A stretch of DNA of 64,000 bases, taken from assembly GCA_013265495.1 (NCBI GenBank), contig MU058198.1, positions 6,029,779-6,093,778 of the forward strand, in the 5' to 3' direction. Shown here piece after piece: positions 11,321-25,669 of this stretch. Below the pieces are notes generated by a model. It was given only the letters and a program-made list of their open reading frames with translations, searched no databases and had not been told where the DNA came from. The first letter of the stretch is position 1; every line of letters starts with the position of its first letter. The translations under genes and the position numbers were made by a program. The DNA comes from Vicugna vicugna. Lineage: Eukaryota.

Positions 11321-13151
11321 TGACGCGTATTAATGGTTCTCACCCAGGTGTTTCCGCATGCACTGCTTGCCTGCCCAACCCCAAGGATGCTTTGATTCTC
11401 AGGCCCTCTAACAGACACAGACAGGCACAAATCATAGAAGTGAATGACAGCCATTATAGAGAAGACCCAGACAAAGCCCCAGTGGCTGCCAGAGGAGGGA
11501 GAGAAGACTTCGTGGAAGAGGCCGCTTTAACTGAGGCTTTGGAAGGTTACAGTCATTTCTGCAAAATGTATTTTTGATGGTTGGTCAGTAGATACTTTTG
11601 GGATTGCCAGTAAAAATATTCTCTGCTTCTTCTCTAGCAAAGATTCATGGCTCCTGCCTGTGGAGATTATATAGTGTTTATGGCCCTTGGTCATGAATTA
11701 TGAATGATTTTGAAATTGTGGTCATTGTAGTTTACTCAAGAATCATTAGAAAGTAGATTTATCATATAGTGTTTAAGAAAAAAAAAAAAGAAACCACAGA
11801 AGAGGAAGAAATCTTTATTCATCACTTACCCCCCTCCCCCCAGCACCATGGTGCTCACAGGTATGACACTGGGGACCTGTCCTTCTACTACTACGCAGAG
11901 CCACGGAGGTCCCCGGTGACTCTGAATTCATACCCACCATGTGCTTCTGCCTCAAATCCTTGCCATGTGACCTTGGAAGAGTCTCTTGACCCCTCTCACC
12001 TCGTGTGATAATTCCCACCTTGGAGACTTGGTACACAGAATAAAGGCAGTAATAAAGTGCCTGAGCCAGAGTAAACTTTCCATAAATGTTAGTTGTTACC
12101 TACTTGTAATCATTCCTTAAAGTGTCTGATTTAACAGACAGTCATGCCCTTGGATGGAAAAGGCAGCACAATTGCACTTAGTACTGAAGGGGTCTCCCTT
12201 GCTCCAGCTGGACCTTAGGCTGGTTCCAGCCTTCCGGTCTCCTGTCTGTGCGCCCCCAGGCAAGTGAGCCCCGGGCAGGCCAGCTCTGGGGCCCCCACAG
12301 TAAACCACTCTGCCAGGCCTCTGTGATAATGGACTGCCTTCTTTTGCAGCTGATTGGAGATTCAGGAAAATGCTCTTGACAGCACACTCCTCTGCTGAGC
12401 TCACACTGTAAAGGGCTACAAAAGCCTTTTAACTTAACCACCTAGGAAGCGTTAAGCCTTCCCATTGCATGCACGCAGAACCGTGCACACACACGCGCAC
12501 GCACACACGCACACACGAACCCTTCCAGCTGTTATGCAGAGCCTTGCAGTGTGAGGATTAGAGACTGCTTTCATCTTTTCCAAGTAAAAGAGGAGACTGG
12601 GATCTCAGGGGAACACAGCAAATGAGGGAGGCCAGGATATCCAGGGTGCTCCTGGGATGGAGGGGGGTCTCTGGACAACCCTGTCTGTGTGCCGCTTTGG
12701 ACACACTTCCACTCTCCTCTGGCCACTGCACCTCGTTGTCGTCTTGATGCTCCTCTCTGCCAGCTGCTCCCTCTCTGAGTCCAGAGTCCAGAGTCCAGAG
12801 ACAGAGTCTGATCAACCTGGCTGATCAATACTAAAGGGCATTTAGGGGGTTACAGTGCTCTTGACATTAGCTCTCCAGTTGCCCTCCCAAGAGAGAACCG
12901 CTGTAATCAATGTCTTGTGTGTCCTTCTAGAAATATTCCAATCTATCCTTCTCTGTTCCTACCTCTCCCCTCTACCCGCCCCACCCCACCCCATTTTAAC
13001 ACAATTGTAGCAGGCATACACATTGTTGTGTTCTGGATTTTTTTTTAACCTAACAACATGTCTTGGAGAACATTCTATAGCAGGACATATGTACACATCT
13101 CATTCATTTTTTTTGATGGCTGCCTAGTCCTCCATTGTGAATGCACAAAAA

Positions 13152-13387
13152 CACAGTCCTTTCTTTGAGAGCTTTGGGGCCAGACATGTTTCATTTTTTT
13201 TTTCTTTTGAAAGTCATACCATCCCATTATGGCCTGGGTTAGCATGCTGCAGTCAAATATACCGACATATCTGCAGGAAAATATGAATATTCATACTAAG
13301 TGGGGGTAAATAAAGACTTTAAATTTTATGTCAGTTCAGATCTGGTTTTGCTACTGAAAAATTACATGTAAAGGATTGTGGACCTGT
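13152..13387 (-). mobile_element. MER46C-like TcMar-Tigger remnant inside an old L1 (about 12890-13590)
   Basis: ctgcaggaaaatatgaatattcatactaagtggg.gtaaataaagact...tgtcagttcagatctggttttg...aaggattgtggacctg. Confidence 0.6.
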
Positions 13388-14349
13388 CCATAAATATATG
13401 ACTAGTTCCCAGTTAATGACTCATCTAGGCTGTTAATAATCTTTTGCTGCTACAAGAGTGCTTGAAAGGATATCCCAGAGCAGACATCTCTGCGCCCGTG
13501 TGCAGAAATAGCCGAAGGTTAAATTCTTAGAAGTAGAATGAATGGATCAAAGGGTATGTGCTTTTTAGAATTGTTCTAATTTGTCTTTTAACAGTGGATG
13601 AAAGGGGAAGAGTTTTTTTGTTCCAGGACATCTTGGAGAATTCGGGCCTGGTTCAAGCGTGGCTGCCCTTGGCTGAGGCACTCACACTGTACTCTGTGTT
13701 GCAGTTCCCTAGTCCACTTTTCCTGAAGGGAGTGGGAGCAGGGCATTGTCCTGAGAAGGACTTGGGGTCCTGCCCAGCACCTTGATTTCTGCACACCATC
13801 TCTCACAGGCCCTCAGCTCTGAGCACCTGTCTCGGCCAATCGCAAGTTGACTCCTCCTGTGAGTTTCAGACCCCACTAGTGTGCAAACAGCAGACCCTTC
13901 CCTTTCCTCTCTTCACTTCTCAGTGTTCTTGCAACTTGTCTCCTGGGGGAACCAGGAGCCGCCCCTTCTGTATTTACAGAGCTCAACCTCTTTGTTCAAA
14001 CTGTTAAAATTTTTTTTTTTTTAAAAAGGAAGGGAGAGAAAAAAAAGACCCTGTCAGCTGATGGCGCTGCATTATAAGAGTCTGCCCGATAGGACAGCTG
14101 ACACTCCAAATCTGCACTTTTCCCGGAATGAAGCCTTTTAGTTCTCATTTCTGGGCAGAGAGGAGCTAAACTCATTTTAACCTCCAACTGCCAAATGAAT
14201 TCCCCGTGGTGAAGGGATCGTTGTCCATCTTTCTGCTCTTCTGGGTCTTGGTCTCTGCAGCTTTGAGAACGTGGACAGTGGGGGCCCCGGTGACATGAAC
14301 AACTTCTGATTTCTGCAGGGCACATAAGTCACATGGCAGGATTACAAGC

Positions 14350-14600
14350 AGCATAGTCAAGTAATTGAGCCTGTGACCCCTGGAATCAAACAGCCCGGAT
14401 TCCCAGGCTAGCGCCATCACTCAGGCAGGTTACCGTTCCTGTCTGCGACCTGACTTCCTCTTCTAAAGAGAAAGGATGCAGCATAGCGTTGGGGTAAGGA
14501 TACAGTGAGCTGATGTGTGCAAAGTGCTTAGAACGGTGCCCAGCACTTACTAGGAGCTCAATAAATGCTGTATATTATAATTTAGCATCGGTATTATAAT
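14350..14600 (+). mobile_element. MIR SINE
   Basis: gcagcatagtc...ctggaatcaaacagcccgg...gtgtgcaaagtgcttagaacggtgcccagcacttactaggagctcaataaatg. Confidence 0.7.
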
Positions 14601-17559
14601 TAGTATTATATTTAGGGCAAAATGGCCTTTTTTAAAAAAAGCTAATCCTTTTAAAGGCAGAAGTGGATGAGAACTCTTGCTAAGAAAAGGCAGGCTGAGG
14701 GTTGGGCCATTGTTCCTCACCTTTTCGGTGCAATGGAACGTCACGTAATCCCTCCTGTGAGAATTACCTTGCCCTTGACTCACCAGACTCCTGCAATCAG
14801 GCTGGGAGCTGCAGGAGATACGTACCCAGACACGGCGCCCGTAACCCACGTTTAACAACGGCCAGGCCAAGACTCGAGCTTCGAAAAGCAAAGAGAATCA
14901 ATTTCTGATAAAATGCCAGGAAGGAGACTGACATGTCTAAAACCTTCCTGGTACCAGCTTAGCTTCCAGCACAAGATTAAACTCGAGGAAAAAAAACCAT
15001 CAGAGAGCTGCAGTTTGTGACCGGAAGGAGGTAATGTTGACAGCCGCCTCTTCCCGAGTCGGTTTTGGATAAGCCATGTGCCCTTCAACAGAGCATCATC
15101 AGAGTTTCCTATATCCTCAGATCTTGGGCGTGAAATTGCCCAGAGTTCTCTCTTTACCTCTCCCCTGCTCCCACCGAAATCACTTTATAGAATACAGAAT
15201 ACGATTTAAAAAGAGACTGATGCTATCTAAGGGAAGGAGGTTCCTGCAAATTACTCATGAAAGGTGTGTGTCCTGGGTGAAAATGGGCCCGTGTGAGCTG
15301 TTGGTCAGCTGGGGGACACCTCTGGAGGAGCAGGGCGAGGGGCGTGAGAATGCCAGGCCACCTGAGCTCCAGCCCTAAGTCACCTCGGCTGACCTTAGGC
15401 ACACCCACTCTCCCCATTCTGGGCCTCTGTTACCCCTTTGATTGCTCCAGGTCTGGTAAGAGCCAGTGGTCCTATGACTTCAGCTTCAGTAAGGCCCACA
15501 AGCCATGTCTCTTAGTCTCTGTTCAAATGACAGAAGCCTTCCTCAAACCAGCTTCAGCAAAAAAAGGGAATGTGTTGTCTCGCTTGAGCTGTACAGTTCA
15601 GGGGTAGACCACATCAGGCATGGCTGGATCTAGGTGCTCAGACTCAGTTCTTCTGACTCTGCCTCCTTCCGCAGCATGGCCATTCTCCAGCGGCTAGTCC
15701 TTCTCGATGTAAGCTGGCCACTGGCAGCTCCAGTGGTTAGAGGCTAGAGAGCGTGTGAGGGGAAAACACAGGCACTGGAGCCTGACGCCTGGGGTCGCAC
15801 CCTGACTCATCACTTACCCAATGCTCCTCTGCCTCTGAGCCTCAGTTTCTTCATATGTAGAATGGGGTTAATAGTGGCGCCTACCTCACAGGTGCTCCAA
15901 ACGATGCCTGATGTGTAGTAAGTGAATGAGTGACAGGGGCTTCTTCCTCTTTTCCTGCTTTTTCCTGTTTTTATTATACTTCTCTAAGAAGTTTCAGCAA
16001 AAGAGAGGTCCCCTCCCCACCGCCATTAAGCACATAGTAAGGAAGGGATCTTTTCCCAAAGGACCATCAGAATCTAGTTACCAGAAGATGCGCGAGAGGC
16101 TAGCGGGCCGGCAAAGTACAGCCGCTGACCAGCACCTGACCAAGCCGGTAAAGCAGACAAATAGCGCCATTGTTAAACATGGCTTCCATGTCCGCGCCCA
16201 CCACACCCAGTGAGGCAAGCATCCTCATCTTGCACGTGAGGAATGCTGGCTCAGAGCAGTGAGGCCCCGAAACCGAGTTAAGACAGCAAGTGCAGGGCCC
16301 AGCTAATCCTGCACGTTCTGTGCACTGTGGTGAAGTGGCGAGAGCGTGGGTTGCTTTTGGAGACAGTTGGGGGAGCTTAGGCACGTGTTTTAACCATTCT
16401 CAGACTCGATTTCTTTATCTATAAAATGGGCGATATCTGTCCTTCCTCCTCAGGTGTCTGAGGGCTCAGTGAGGTTAGGGAGAAAAACACAGGAAACCCA
16501 GCCCACTCAGGACACCCCTGGCTCTCATACTGGCCACTTTCCCTCTCCTTCCTCCCGACCCTGCTGCCAGTTTAGAGCTGGACAGGAGGACCCCAGACTC
16601 CTGGGACCATAGGGCGGGGCAGGTGAATGGGAGGCAGGGGCAGTAACTGCTGGATAAGTGGGAGCCTCAGTTTCCTCGCCTGATGAGCTGATATGGTCCA
16701 ACACTCACCTCCCCCAGCTAAGCCCTGTGAGTGATGGCTGCATCCTATTAGAGGCCACTGCCCCTCCCTGCCCACCCCCACTATGTATTTCAAAACAAAA
16801 ATTGTGAAATAAGTGTAGGAAAGTTCAACAAAGCTCTCAGTTTCTTTTCCCAGGATGACCACTTTGATGCCCTTTCTTTCGTTTAATGTGGAAGCCTAAA
16901 CTCCTTCCAAAAAACTTCATCGGGCCACTCGTGCTTTGTTGATGCCCTGGGAGACGGTTTGGCACATGAGAGAGGGACTGGCAGGAGCGGTCAAGGGCAG
17001 GGAAGCGGTCCAGGTTGGATTGCTTGGATTTATATCCTGGTTCTACCTCTTCATTCGCTGTGTGGTCTTTGGCCCTTTACATAACCTCTCTGGGCTTCAG
17101 TTTTCTGTCTGCAGAATGGAGCTGACAGCGTAGTGACACCTCATGGGGCTGTTGTGAGATTAAATAACACACATGAAGTACTTAGAACCACACCTGTAAT
17201 TACGTGCCCTTTAAGTGTATGCTATTCAAGTCCCACTGCTGGGGCCTGTTCACTCCATGTTCCATCAGCTGGGGTTGCTGGGGGAGGCAGGGTTGGTGTA
17301 GTTCACATCTGCAGGCGTTTTACCTCTGTGGGGCCTGCATTATACATTTTAATCTCTTTCTGAGTCTAGAACGAATGCATACTAATTATAGAGAAATAGA
17401 AAATGCAGAAAGCTACAGCAATTAGGCATTATCTTACCCCCTAGCTAATCACTATCACTTGTCTTTTTGTTTCCTTCTAGCTTTTCTCTATGCAAATATA
17501 TATATTTCAAGATTAAGATCACGCTAAGGGACAATTAAAAATTATTTACCTTCCATTAC

Positions 17560-17860
17560 TCTTTTTTATTTATTGAGGTATAACTTACATCCACAGAGTG
17601 GACAGTCTTTGGTGTTCAGCTTTATGAATTTTCATCTAGTAATACTCCTGTCTTGGCATGACCCACATCAAAATACGGACTACTATTAGCGCCAAGGGCA
17701 ACCACGATCTTGACTCTACCAGCATAAATTAGTTTTGCCTGTATCTGAACTTCATATAAACGGATTCACAGAGTCAGCACTCTTCTTGCCTTTTGGTTTT
17801 TTGTTAATCATGTCTGTGAGATTCATCCATGTTTTTAAATGTATCAGTAGTTCATTCTTA
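17560..17860 (-). mobile_element. L1M 3' fragment
   Basis: ttttattgaggtataacttacat...ttagttttgcctgt..tgaacttcatataaa...gtctgtgagattcatccatgtt. Confidence 0.7.
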
Positions 17861-18144
17861 AACACGGTGGTCTAAACCTTCAGTTGTGCTTTTATTAGAA
17901 AAATTAAATTGCAAAATCATTTGAGTTAATTGTCATTGTTTTTAAAATTTCAAGTTTGTGCATTAAATAAAAATTCCTCTTCCAGCATACCCCAACCTAA
18001 TTCCCCTTTCTAGGAATAAACTTGTCATCAATTGGATTTTCTTCTTTCTGAACTTTTTCCTGTTTATACAATTCTAGTCATTATTTCAGTTGGGAGTGCA
18101 TTGGGCTGCAATTGATAGGAAACCCAACGAGCAATGGCCCAAAC

Positions 18145-18331
18145 CAGGGATCAGCAAACTTTTTCTGTAAAAGGCCATGATGTCTCTGTCACAACGACTC
18201 AGCTCTGTCATTGAAAACGGCCATAGTCAATATGTTAATTAATGAGGGTGGCTGTGTTCCCACAAAACTTTATTGACAAAAATAGGCAGTGGGTCAGATT
18301 TGGCCTGTGGGGTATAATTTGCTGACCCTTG
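18145..18331 (-). mobile_element. MER58A-like element inserted into an MLT1 fragment (about 18080-18385)
   Basis: Terminal inverted repeats cagggatcagcaaact / atttgctgacccttg. Internal gtggctgtgttcc.acaaaactttatt.acaaaaataggc. Confidence 0.8.
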
Positions 18332-19549
18332 GCTTCACAATAGGGATTTGTTTGGCTCACATGACAAGAAATCTAGAAATAGCCTCATAAGAAAAACCTA
18401 ATAATTTATACGCCTACTAAGAATATCTGAGAATGCCAGCCTCTCTAAAACCTTGCTAATAGTGGTTTTTTAACAACCTATGATATGTTTGCCAGTACTC
18501 TTTGTCCTTATTCCTGTGTTTGGGGGAAATATTTTTGCCTGATCTTCCAGCTCAATAATTTTTTTTCTATATCTGTATCTATTCTAGTTTTCATTATCTT
18601 TTGATTTTTAAAATTTTGATGATTAAATGTTTTACTTGTGATTTCTAATTATTTTCCGTAATGGGTTGTTCTTGTTCAGTGGAGTCAATGTCCTCTCTTA
18701 TCCCTCTGAGAATATTAAATATATGTTTGATGTCTCTGCTTGCATTGTTATCTCTGTTTCTTTGGTTGTTAGTTCTGTTGTGTTGGCCACTCTCTTTCCT
18801 GGTGTGAGTTTTCCGGATTGTCTGGTGATTTGTGAATAGGTGCCCTTCTATGTGACGTGAGCTCCCGTTTCCTTCTCTGTGGATGCTGTTTCTTTTTAAC
18901 TCTGATTTGCTGCCATTGATTGCAGGCAGAGAAGTGGAAATTGCTACAGGAAGTGTGATGCAAATAGTTTGTATTCTGAGCACAAGATCTTCCTTTGCCT
19001 TATGGATATGCCCTGCCTTTCTGTCCCAGAGACCCACAGCCACAGCTGCTACAAACTGAGTGGATTGAAGGGCCACTTCCTGGTGTCCCCTTAGGCGTTT
19101 TCAATTAGCCTCTTTGACCTTTGACCCCTCTTCCCCCTGGAGAATGTGTTGCCTCCATGTTTAGAGCAGCCCAAGACCACCTTCTCCTATCACAGCAGTC
19201 CTCCCTCGCTTCTGATTTGGCCTGTGCTTCTTTTCACTAATCCAGTTCTGTCTGCCATCCATTTCTCAGGGATTTCTCAGCATTTTAAATCTGCTAGTAG
19301 CCCCCTCTCCTCCCCTTCCCATCTCTTACAAATTTTAACTGTTGTCATTTTTATGTCATTGGGTAGAAGAGGCTGATGTGTGTACTTGCTCTTGATTCAG
19401 TCTCAAGGTGACTTCTTGTTAGAGTTTTCACCTTCCTGATCACCTTCATTGGGACAAGTTTATCTTTCTCTAAAAATACACCATATCAGAACCAAACTGA
19501 ATATTCCAACTATGAACAGATCAGTGTACACTATGGGGATGGAGTGTAC

Positions 19550-19760
19550 TTTCTAGTAAGAACTGGGTTCAAATGCTTACCGTGCTCTCAACCACACTGG
19601 TCAAGTCCATTCACTTCTCTAAGCCTCAGCTTCCTCACCTGTCAAATGGGAATAATGATTATAATCCCTGCCTCACAGGTTAATGAGAGTATCAGTTGAA
19701 ACAGTGTGTCAAGTTTTTAACATGGGGCCTGGCACACAGTAGGTGCTGAAACATGTTAGT
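19550..19760 (+). mobile_element. MIR SINE
   Basis: ctgggttcaaat...tcacttctctaagcctcagcttcctcacctgtcaaatgggaataat...cctggcacacagtaggtgct. Confidence 0.8.
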
Positions 19761-22700
19761 TCACTTCTTCTCTCAGCTCCTGACAAGATTTCCATCTCGC
19801 TCATTGTGTGTGCCGTGGTGGTGGTAGATTTTGGCAGCCACATCACTCTGTTAGCTCTCACTGAACACATTAGCTAAAAGCCCTGCCTTTGTCCCATGAA
19901 CTTTTCCCAAGCAGACTTTTCCAGTGCCTCTCCTTGTGTAGGACTTTTACCCTGGCTGTGATGTGTTTTGTCAAGCTGTTCTTGCACCATCGCTAGCCTG
20001 CAGAAATTGATCTTTGAACCCAGATTCCGTCATCTAGTTGATTCCATGTACTTCCCATCTGAATGTCATCTGCAGACTTAATAAACAGGCTTCAACAGCC
20101 AGATCCAGCCATTGATAAAATTATGGCCTGGGATAGGACCAAGGACAGAACCCCATGGCATGCCACCCTTCAGGGGAAGAGTAATTTAGATGACTGGGCA
20201 AGATGATTAATTTGTCCAGTTCCTGTAATAGTGTGTCCTTGTGGCTTGATTATAATAATAATATTAGCAACCATGCATTGGGTGTTTTTTACTGGCCAGG
20301 CACTGAGGTAAGTATTTTTCATATATTACTGTTTCTTATAACAAGTCTGCAAGGCAAATATTTGTACTACTTAGGACTTAGTTTAGAAAAATAAACTCAA
20401 TCTAGCTTTAGCAAAACAGGGACGATGTTACTTCATTACAGAGCTCTGAGTGGGTGCCTCCCAGAAGCCAAGGGCAGGGACGCATCTGGCTGGCACAATG
20501 ACAAAAATGGTGTCGAGAGTGGTGAACCAGTGTCTGGGGCCCTCTAGGGTCCCAGAAAATCCTCTCTCTATGGCTCTTTACGTCTGTCAGCGTCTGTGTC
20601 CTTCTCACTTGGTACAAACTAGCTTTCTCTGTTTCTCAGTTCACCTGGCAGAAAATAGTCCCATCGGCTACTCTGAGTTCACTCTCCCCCTTTCCAGAGA
20701 GCAGCCAGATCTTCCCTGAGCCTGTTAGTCCAAATCCCCCAGGATTGTTGGCCTGCGTGGGTCAGGTGTCTGCTCCTAGGCAGCAGTGGGGTCACCCTGT
20801 TTGGACATGACCACCAAGAGCCTCAGTGCCATGACCTGATAGCCATGGGGCAGGCAATGTCTGGTGTCCAGCTGCACGTTTTATAAGTGAGCAGAAGGCC
20901 CAGAGTCACATATCTGGGAAGTAGAGGAACCAAGACTTCATCTTAGTCTGCCTGATGCTGCAGCTCGTGTGGTCGATGCTCTGTTCCTTTCCTCAGGCCA
21001 TGTGGTCCCAGGGCGGCTCTTCTGGTGGTGCTGGTGAGGACTGGCTCGTGCCTGAGGCCGGAGAGGCCAAGCGCCCACCTTCTGCGGCACCATGGTCCAG
21101 TCCCAGTTCATAGCTCCAAGATCCCTGGTTGGTTGGCTTGTTTCTTTGGTGACTCGGCAGATGCCTCCACCCTGGGCATCACAGACCTCACGACTTGGTG
21201 GAGGGACCTGATACTTGAGAGTATAAGCTGGAGTCCAGTAAAGCTCTGTTCGTTCCAGCTCTGTCACTATTTTGCTGGTGACTCTGTGCCTCAGTTTCCA
21301 TAACTGTAAAATGGAGAACATTACACTTTTTCAGATGTTGCAATGATTTAATGAGATGATACGTGTAAACCATATCTGGCCAGCATAGAGTAATCAATTC
21401 TATTCATGTTGCCAGTTAATTAACTCTGTAACAATGGAAAAAGTTTAGGAATCCAGAAGAGAAAATCTTTTACTTGCCAATAGGGTAGGGAGCAGAAGGC
21501 GGATTGACTGACGTTTCAAGGAGGAAATGGCATTGAAGCTTGAATAATGGAGAGGAGGGTTGGGTTAGGGCAAGGCAGATAAAAAGAACACGTGTAGACG
21601 CATACACAGGTGCATGAGGGACCAGCAAGTAGTTCATTGTGATAGAAGCAAAGAATGTTATGTACTGGGAGAAAACAGGGATCAGGAAGTCGGTGATACG
21701 GGCTGGGGCCCGATCGAGAAAACTTTGTTTGCTTGTTCGTGCGCCTGCATCCACTCAGCAAATATTCAAGTACCTGCTGTGTACCAGGCAAGGCCCTGGG
21801 TCCTATAGGTTCCGAGGTGAACAAAACAGACACAAATCCACAGCCTTATGGCACTTATGTCCTAGTGGTTAGAGTAAGTAAAAGCTAGAAGGTGTCAGAG
21901 GGAAAAACAAAGCAGAGAAGGGGGTGGGGTTTCTGGGAGGGTTGCGATGTCACATAGGTCCTCAGGCAGGCCTCACTGAGGTGGGCAGAGACAAAGGAGG
22001 TGAGAGCCTTGGGCACAAGGACAGCAAAGACGGAAGTCCCGAGGGTGGAGAGTGTGTGGCTGAATTAGGGGGAAGGGGTGGCAGCGTGGTGGGAGGTCCT
22101 TAGTTATACAAGAAATACATGAAAGCGGCTTCCTTAAGAGAATTATTTTTAACCCTCTAGAGAAGGCTACAATCCCTTGTGCCAATTCCCACCCCCCCCA
22201 TCCAAGTCTTCCCCTCCCTGGAGTAACTATTGTCACGAGCTTGGCACGCATTCTTCCAGACCTTTCTCTGTGTATCTGCTTACCCAAGTGTATCCATAAA
22301 ATAGATGTAGTATTTTTGGAGAGTATATATTTTAACAAAATGGTATCACAATGAATGTGTGGTACGTGCCTTGTAAGTTGTAATTTGCCTGTCGTCCCTG
22401 AACCGTATCTTGGAGATGCATCCTTGGTGTTACAAACAAACCCAGTTTTTTAAAAACTTGTTACGTTATGTTATGGACAGACTGTGTGGGTTATTCAGCC
22501 GTCTTCCAGATGGAGAGCATTAGCATTTTATACATTACTCCTCGGGCACCTGTGTGTCTTTCTGGTAGATTCCAAGGAGTGAAATGGCTGGGTCTGAGTA
22601 GATTGAAGCTATGCGAGGTTTTGTTTTGTCTTGTTTTAGCGGATTCTGCCACCTTGCTCCTCAAAGTGCCTCCATCACCTTACTCACCAGCCGTGGCAGG

Positions 22701-23579
22701 TTTCTAATGAGGGAAGCCACGGAGATCTGTGTTTTAGAGCAAAGCACAGTGGTGGGCTGTGGGTTGGAAGGAGCAAGCAGGGGGCTGAGAGATCAGGGAA
22801 TTTGTGGGCTGCTGTTCTGTTCTTAAGAACCTGCATTTGGAGGGGACAGAGGCTACTTTAGGGGCGGGGAGAGACGCTCCCAATCCCTTCCTTTCCTTCT
22901 GAAAATAGATCTGTGCAAACGAAACATTGTCTCTCCTGCGGCCTGCACGCCTGGCTTCTTCCCGGTCAGCCAGTTTCTGTTCCTAGCCCTCCGCATCAGC
23001 TTGAAGTCATCCCCTTTTGACAAACAGACCGATAGAGACCTTATAAAAATGCTATTTTTATTAGAGTGGACCAACTCCTCCATCATCGGGCCTTTATCCT
23101 GCCACCAGTCTGAGAGCATCCTTTGCCAGCCACCCTCCATGGTGCGTTCAGGGGTTGGTGCACCTCTGAGGTTGTTTGTCACCAGACTGGCGCCCATTAC
23201 AAGAGTCTGATCACAGCCTCTCTCCAGAGGCAGACCAAATCCTACACCCAGCTGCTCTCCCCAGAAACAATTTAGCTCGGCCCCTTCCTACAACAGAAAA
23301 GGAAAGTTGCAGCTTTTAAAAAGCTATGTCATCTTTCCTTTGCATGAATTTCAGGTGGGTGTTAACTTTGTGGTATAAAATACCTTCGGGATTAGCTCAG
23401 GGAGCTGGGTCTAGGGTCAACTCTGAGTTTAGATTTTGTGCCATCACCATTAGAAACTTCGAGATGTTTCTAATCAGCATCATCTTCATTGCTAACATTT
23501 ATCGAGCATGTATTACGTGCCAGACAGTATTCTAAGAATTTTGTGTATAAGGTGGGTGCTTTTAATCATTGTCCCACTT

Positions 23580-24050
23580 TTTTTTTGCATTTTTAAATTG
23601 AGATATAATTTACATAAGACAAAATTTACCATTTAAAGTGTACAATTCAGTGATGTTTTATTTTCACAAAGCTATGCAACCATCACCACTATCTAATTCT
23701 AAAACATTTAGATCACCCCATAGAGAAACCCTGTACCTATTAGCAATCACTCCCAATTCCTCCCTATCCCATTCCCTGGCAACCTCTCATCTGCTTTCTG
23801 TTTCTGTGGATTTGCCTGTTCTGGGCATCTCATGTAAATTGAATCATGCAATATGTGGCCTTTCATGTCTGGCTTCTTTCACTCAGCATAATGTTCTCAG
23901 GGGTCATCCATGCTGTCATATGTGCCAGTGCTTCATTTCTTTCTACATTTGAATGAAATGCCACTGTATAGATACACCATACCCTGTTACCCATTCATCC
24001 GTTGACAGTTGGGTTGCTTCCACTTTTCGGCTGTTATGAACAAGGCCGCT
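23580..24050 (-). mobile_element. L1MB-like 3' end
   Basis: ttgagatataatttacata...aaagtgtacaattcagtg...gcaaccatcaccactatctaattc...ccctggcaacc...tctgtggatttgcctgttctgg...tggcttctttcactcagcataatgtt. Confidence 0.85.
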
Positions 24051-25669
24051 CAGACAGCATCCCAGTCTGACAGCTGAGGAAACTCAGGTGCAAGTACTGT
24101 TTCCCACTCACACGAGCTGGATGGGATTCTCACTCAGGTGTCTGGCTTCACAGCTGAGTCCTGACCACCCTACTTGTCTGTTTAGCTGTTGCACGAAGAC
24201 CCAAGAATTGAGGGCCTATGTCACACACCTCCATGGCAACCATATTTCGGAATTAAAATTTGGGCCCTTTGATCCAAGGACTCCATTTTGTGGGACTTGA
24301 GTCTGTCCTGTTTGAACTCAGGACCATGGTGGGAAGTCCTGGCTGAGTCAGAATCATCCATTCAGTTCAAAATGTGTTTACTGATGGCCTTTGATGTAAC
24401 GAGACCCAGCCCTGCCCTGGGAGTTCACGGTCAAGGAGAACATGCTGCTGTAGGTCCCCAGGGAGCAGAACCTGGGATGGAGATGTGTAGCGCAGAAGGC
24501 TGATTGGGGAGGGCTCGCAGGAGCAACACCCGGGCGGGCTGGGGGAAGCAGGCGAGGGCAGGAGGAGGAGGTGAACTTAGACTCAAGCCTTGCTGATCCC
24601 GTAGGGAGCTGTGGGGATGGGCGGCCCTTCAGAGATGTTCCCAGGCGAGGCAAGGAGCCTGGGTCTGTGTATCCTTGGCCTCAGTCGGTATCAGAGGCTG
24701 GGCATAATCTGGGACAAGACAGGCTCCTTCCCGGAAAGGGACACAGCCCCTGGGAGCCAGGGGTGAGTGAGCGCTGGGCCCGCAGCACAGCGTCCACTGC
24801 ACCACCTAGGTCCGGGTCCATGCTGGCTTCATCAGTGCTCTGGCAGAGAGTGGTCTGTGAGGATGCTTTGGGAACACAGCTGAGGGAGGGTGTAACCCAG
24901 CCTGGGATAGGTGTGAGCAAGAGGGAAACTTCTCGGCAGGGGAAGCGGCAAGTGCCTTGGCCCTGAGGGGAAAGGGGCTGGGCCTCTCTGAGAAACAGCC
25001 AGAAGGGCTATAGGGCCAAGGGCTGGACAGGAGGTGGGCATAAGGTCAGGAGGGTGGTGGAGCCAGAGTGCTTTCATCTCTGTCTCTGGTCCTGAGCACA
25101 GCGCCCAACTCACAGGAGAATCTCCCTAGAAGTATTTACTGAATAAATGGGAAGGGCCTGGAGTGCTCCCCCCTCTTCAGGGGGTGGGGGCCAGCTCTAG
25201 AGGGTGTGTTTGTTCAGGCAACGCAGCTTGTGGGGCAGGAGGTGATAGATGTGGTCCTGGTGATAGATGCGCTCTGGGAGAGGTTCATTCCCTTCGAAGT
25301 AAGGGTCCTCGGATGCAAATCAAGCAGTGGAGGCAGAGTTTGGAGGGAGGATTCCACCCAGGCTGCCTCTCTCCGCCCATCAGGCCAAGTGGCGGGTGCT
25401 GCAGGATCGGAGGCTTTGACAGGTAACAGCCACCCTAAATCAGGAGAGCGCCAGTCTGGGAGCTCGAGACTGCCTCTCTCTTTCCTTAGCTGTCAGAGGC
25501 TGTTTATACTACTGGCCTTCCAGGAGGCCGGCCCTTGCAGGCTCTCCTCAGGGTGGAGGGTGGGAATAGCCTCAGCCTGTGAACAGGTCTGCTCAAAACC
25601 CGCCAGTAGCCCTCTGGCCACCTCAGAGTCAGACCAGAGTCCTCACCATGACCTCTGCCCCAGTCCCAC

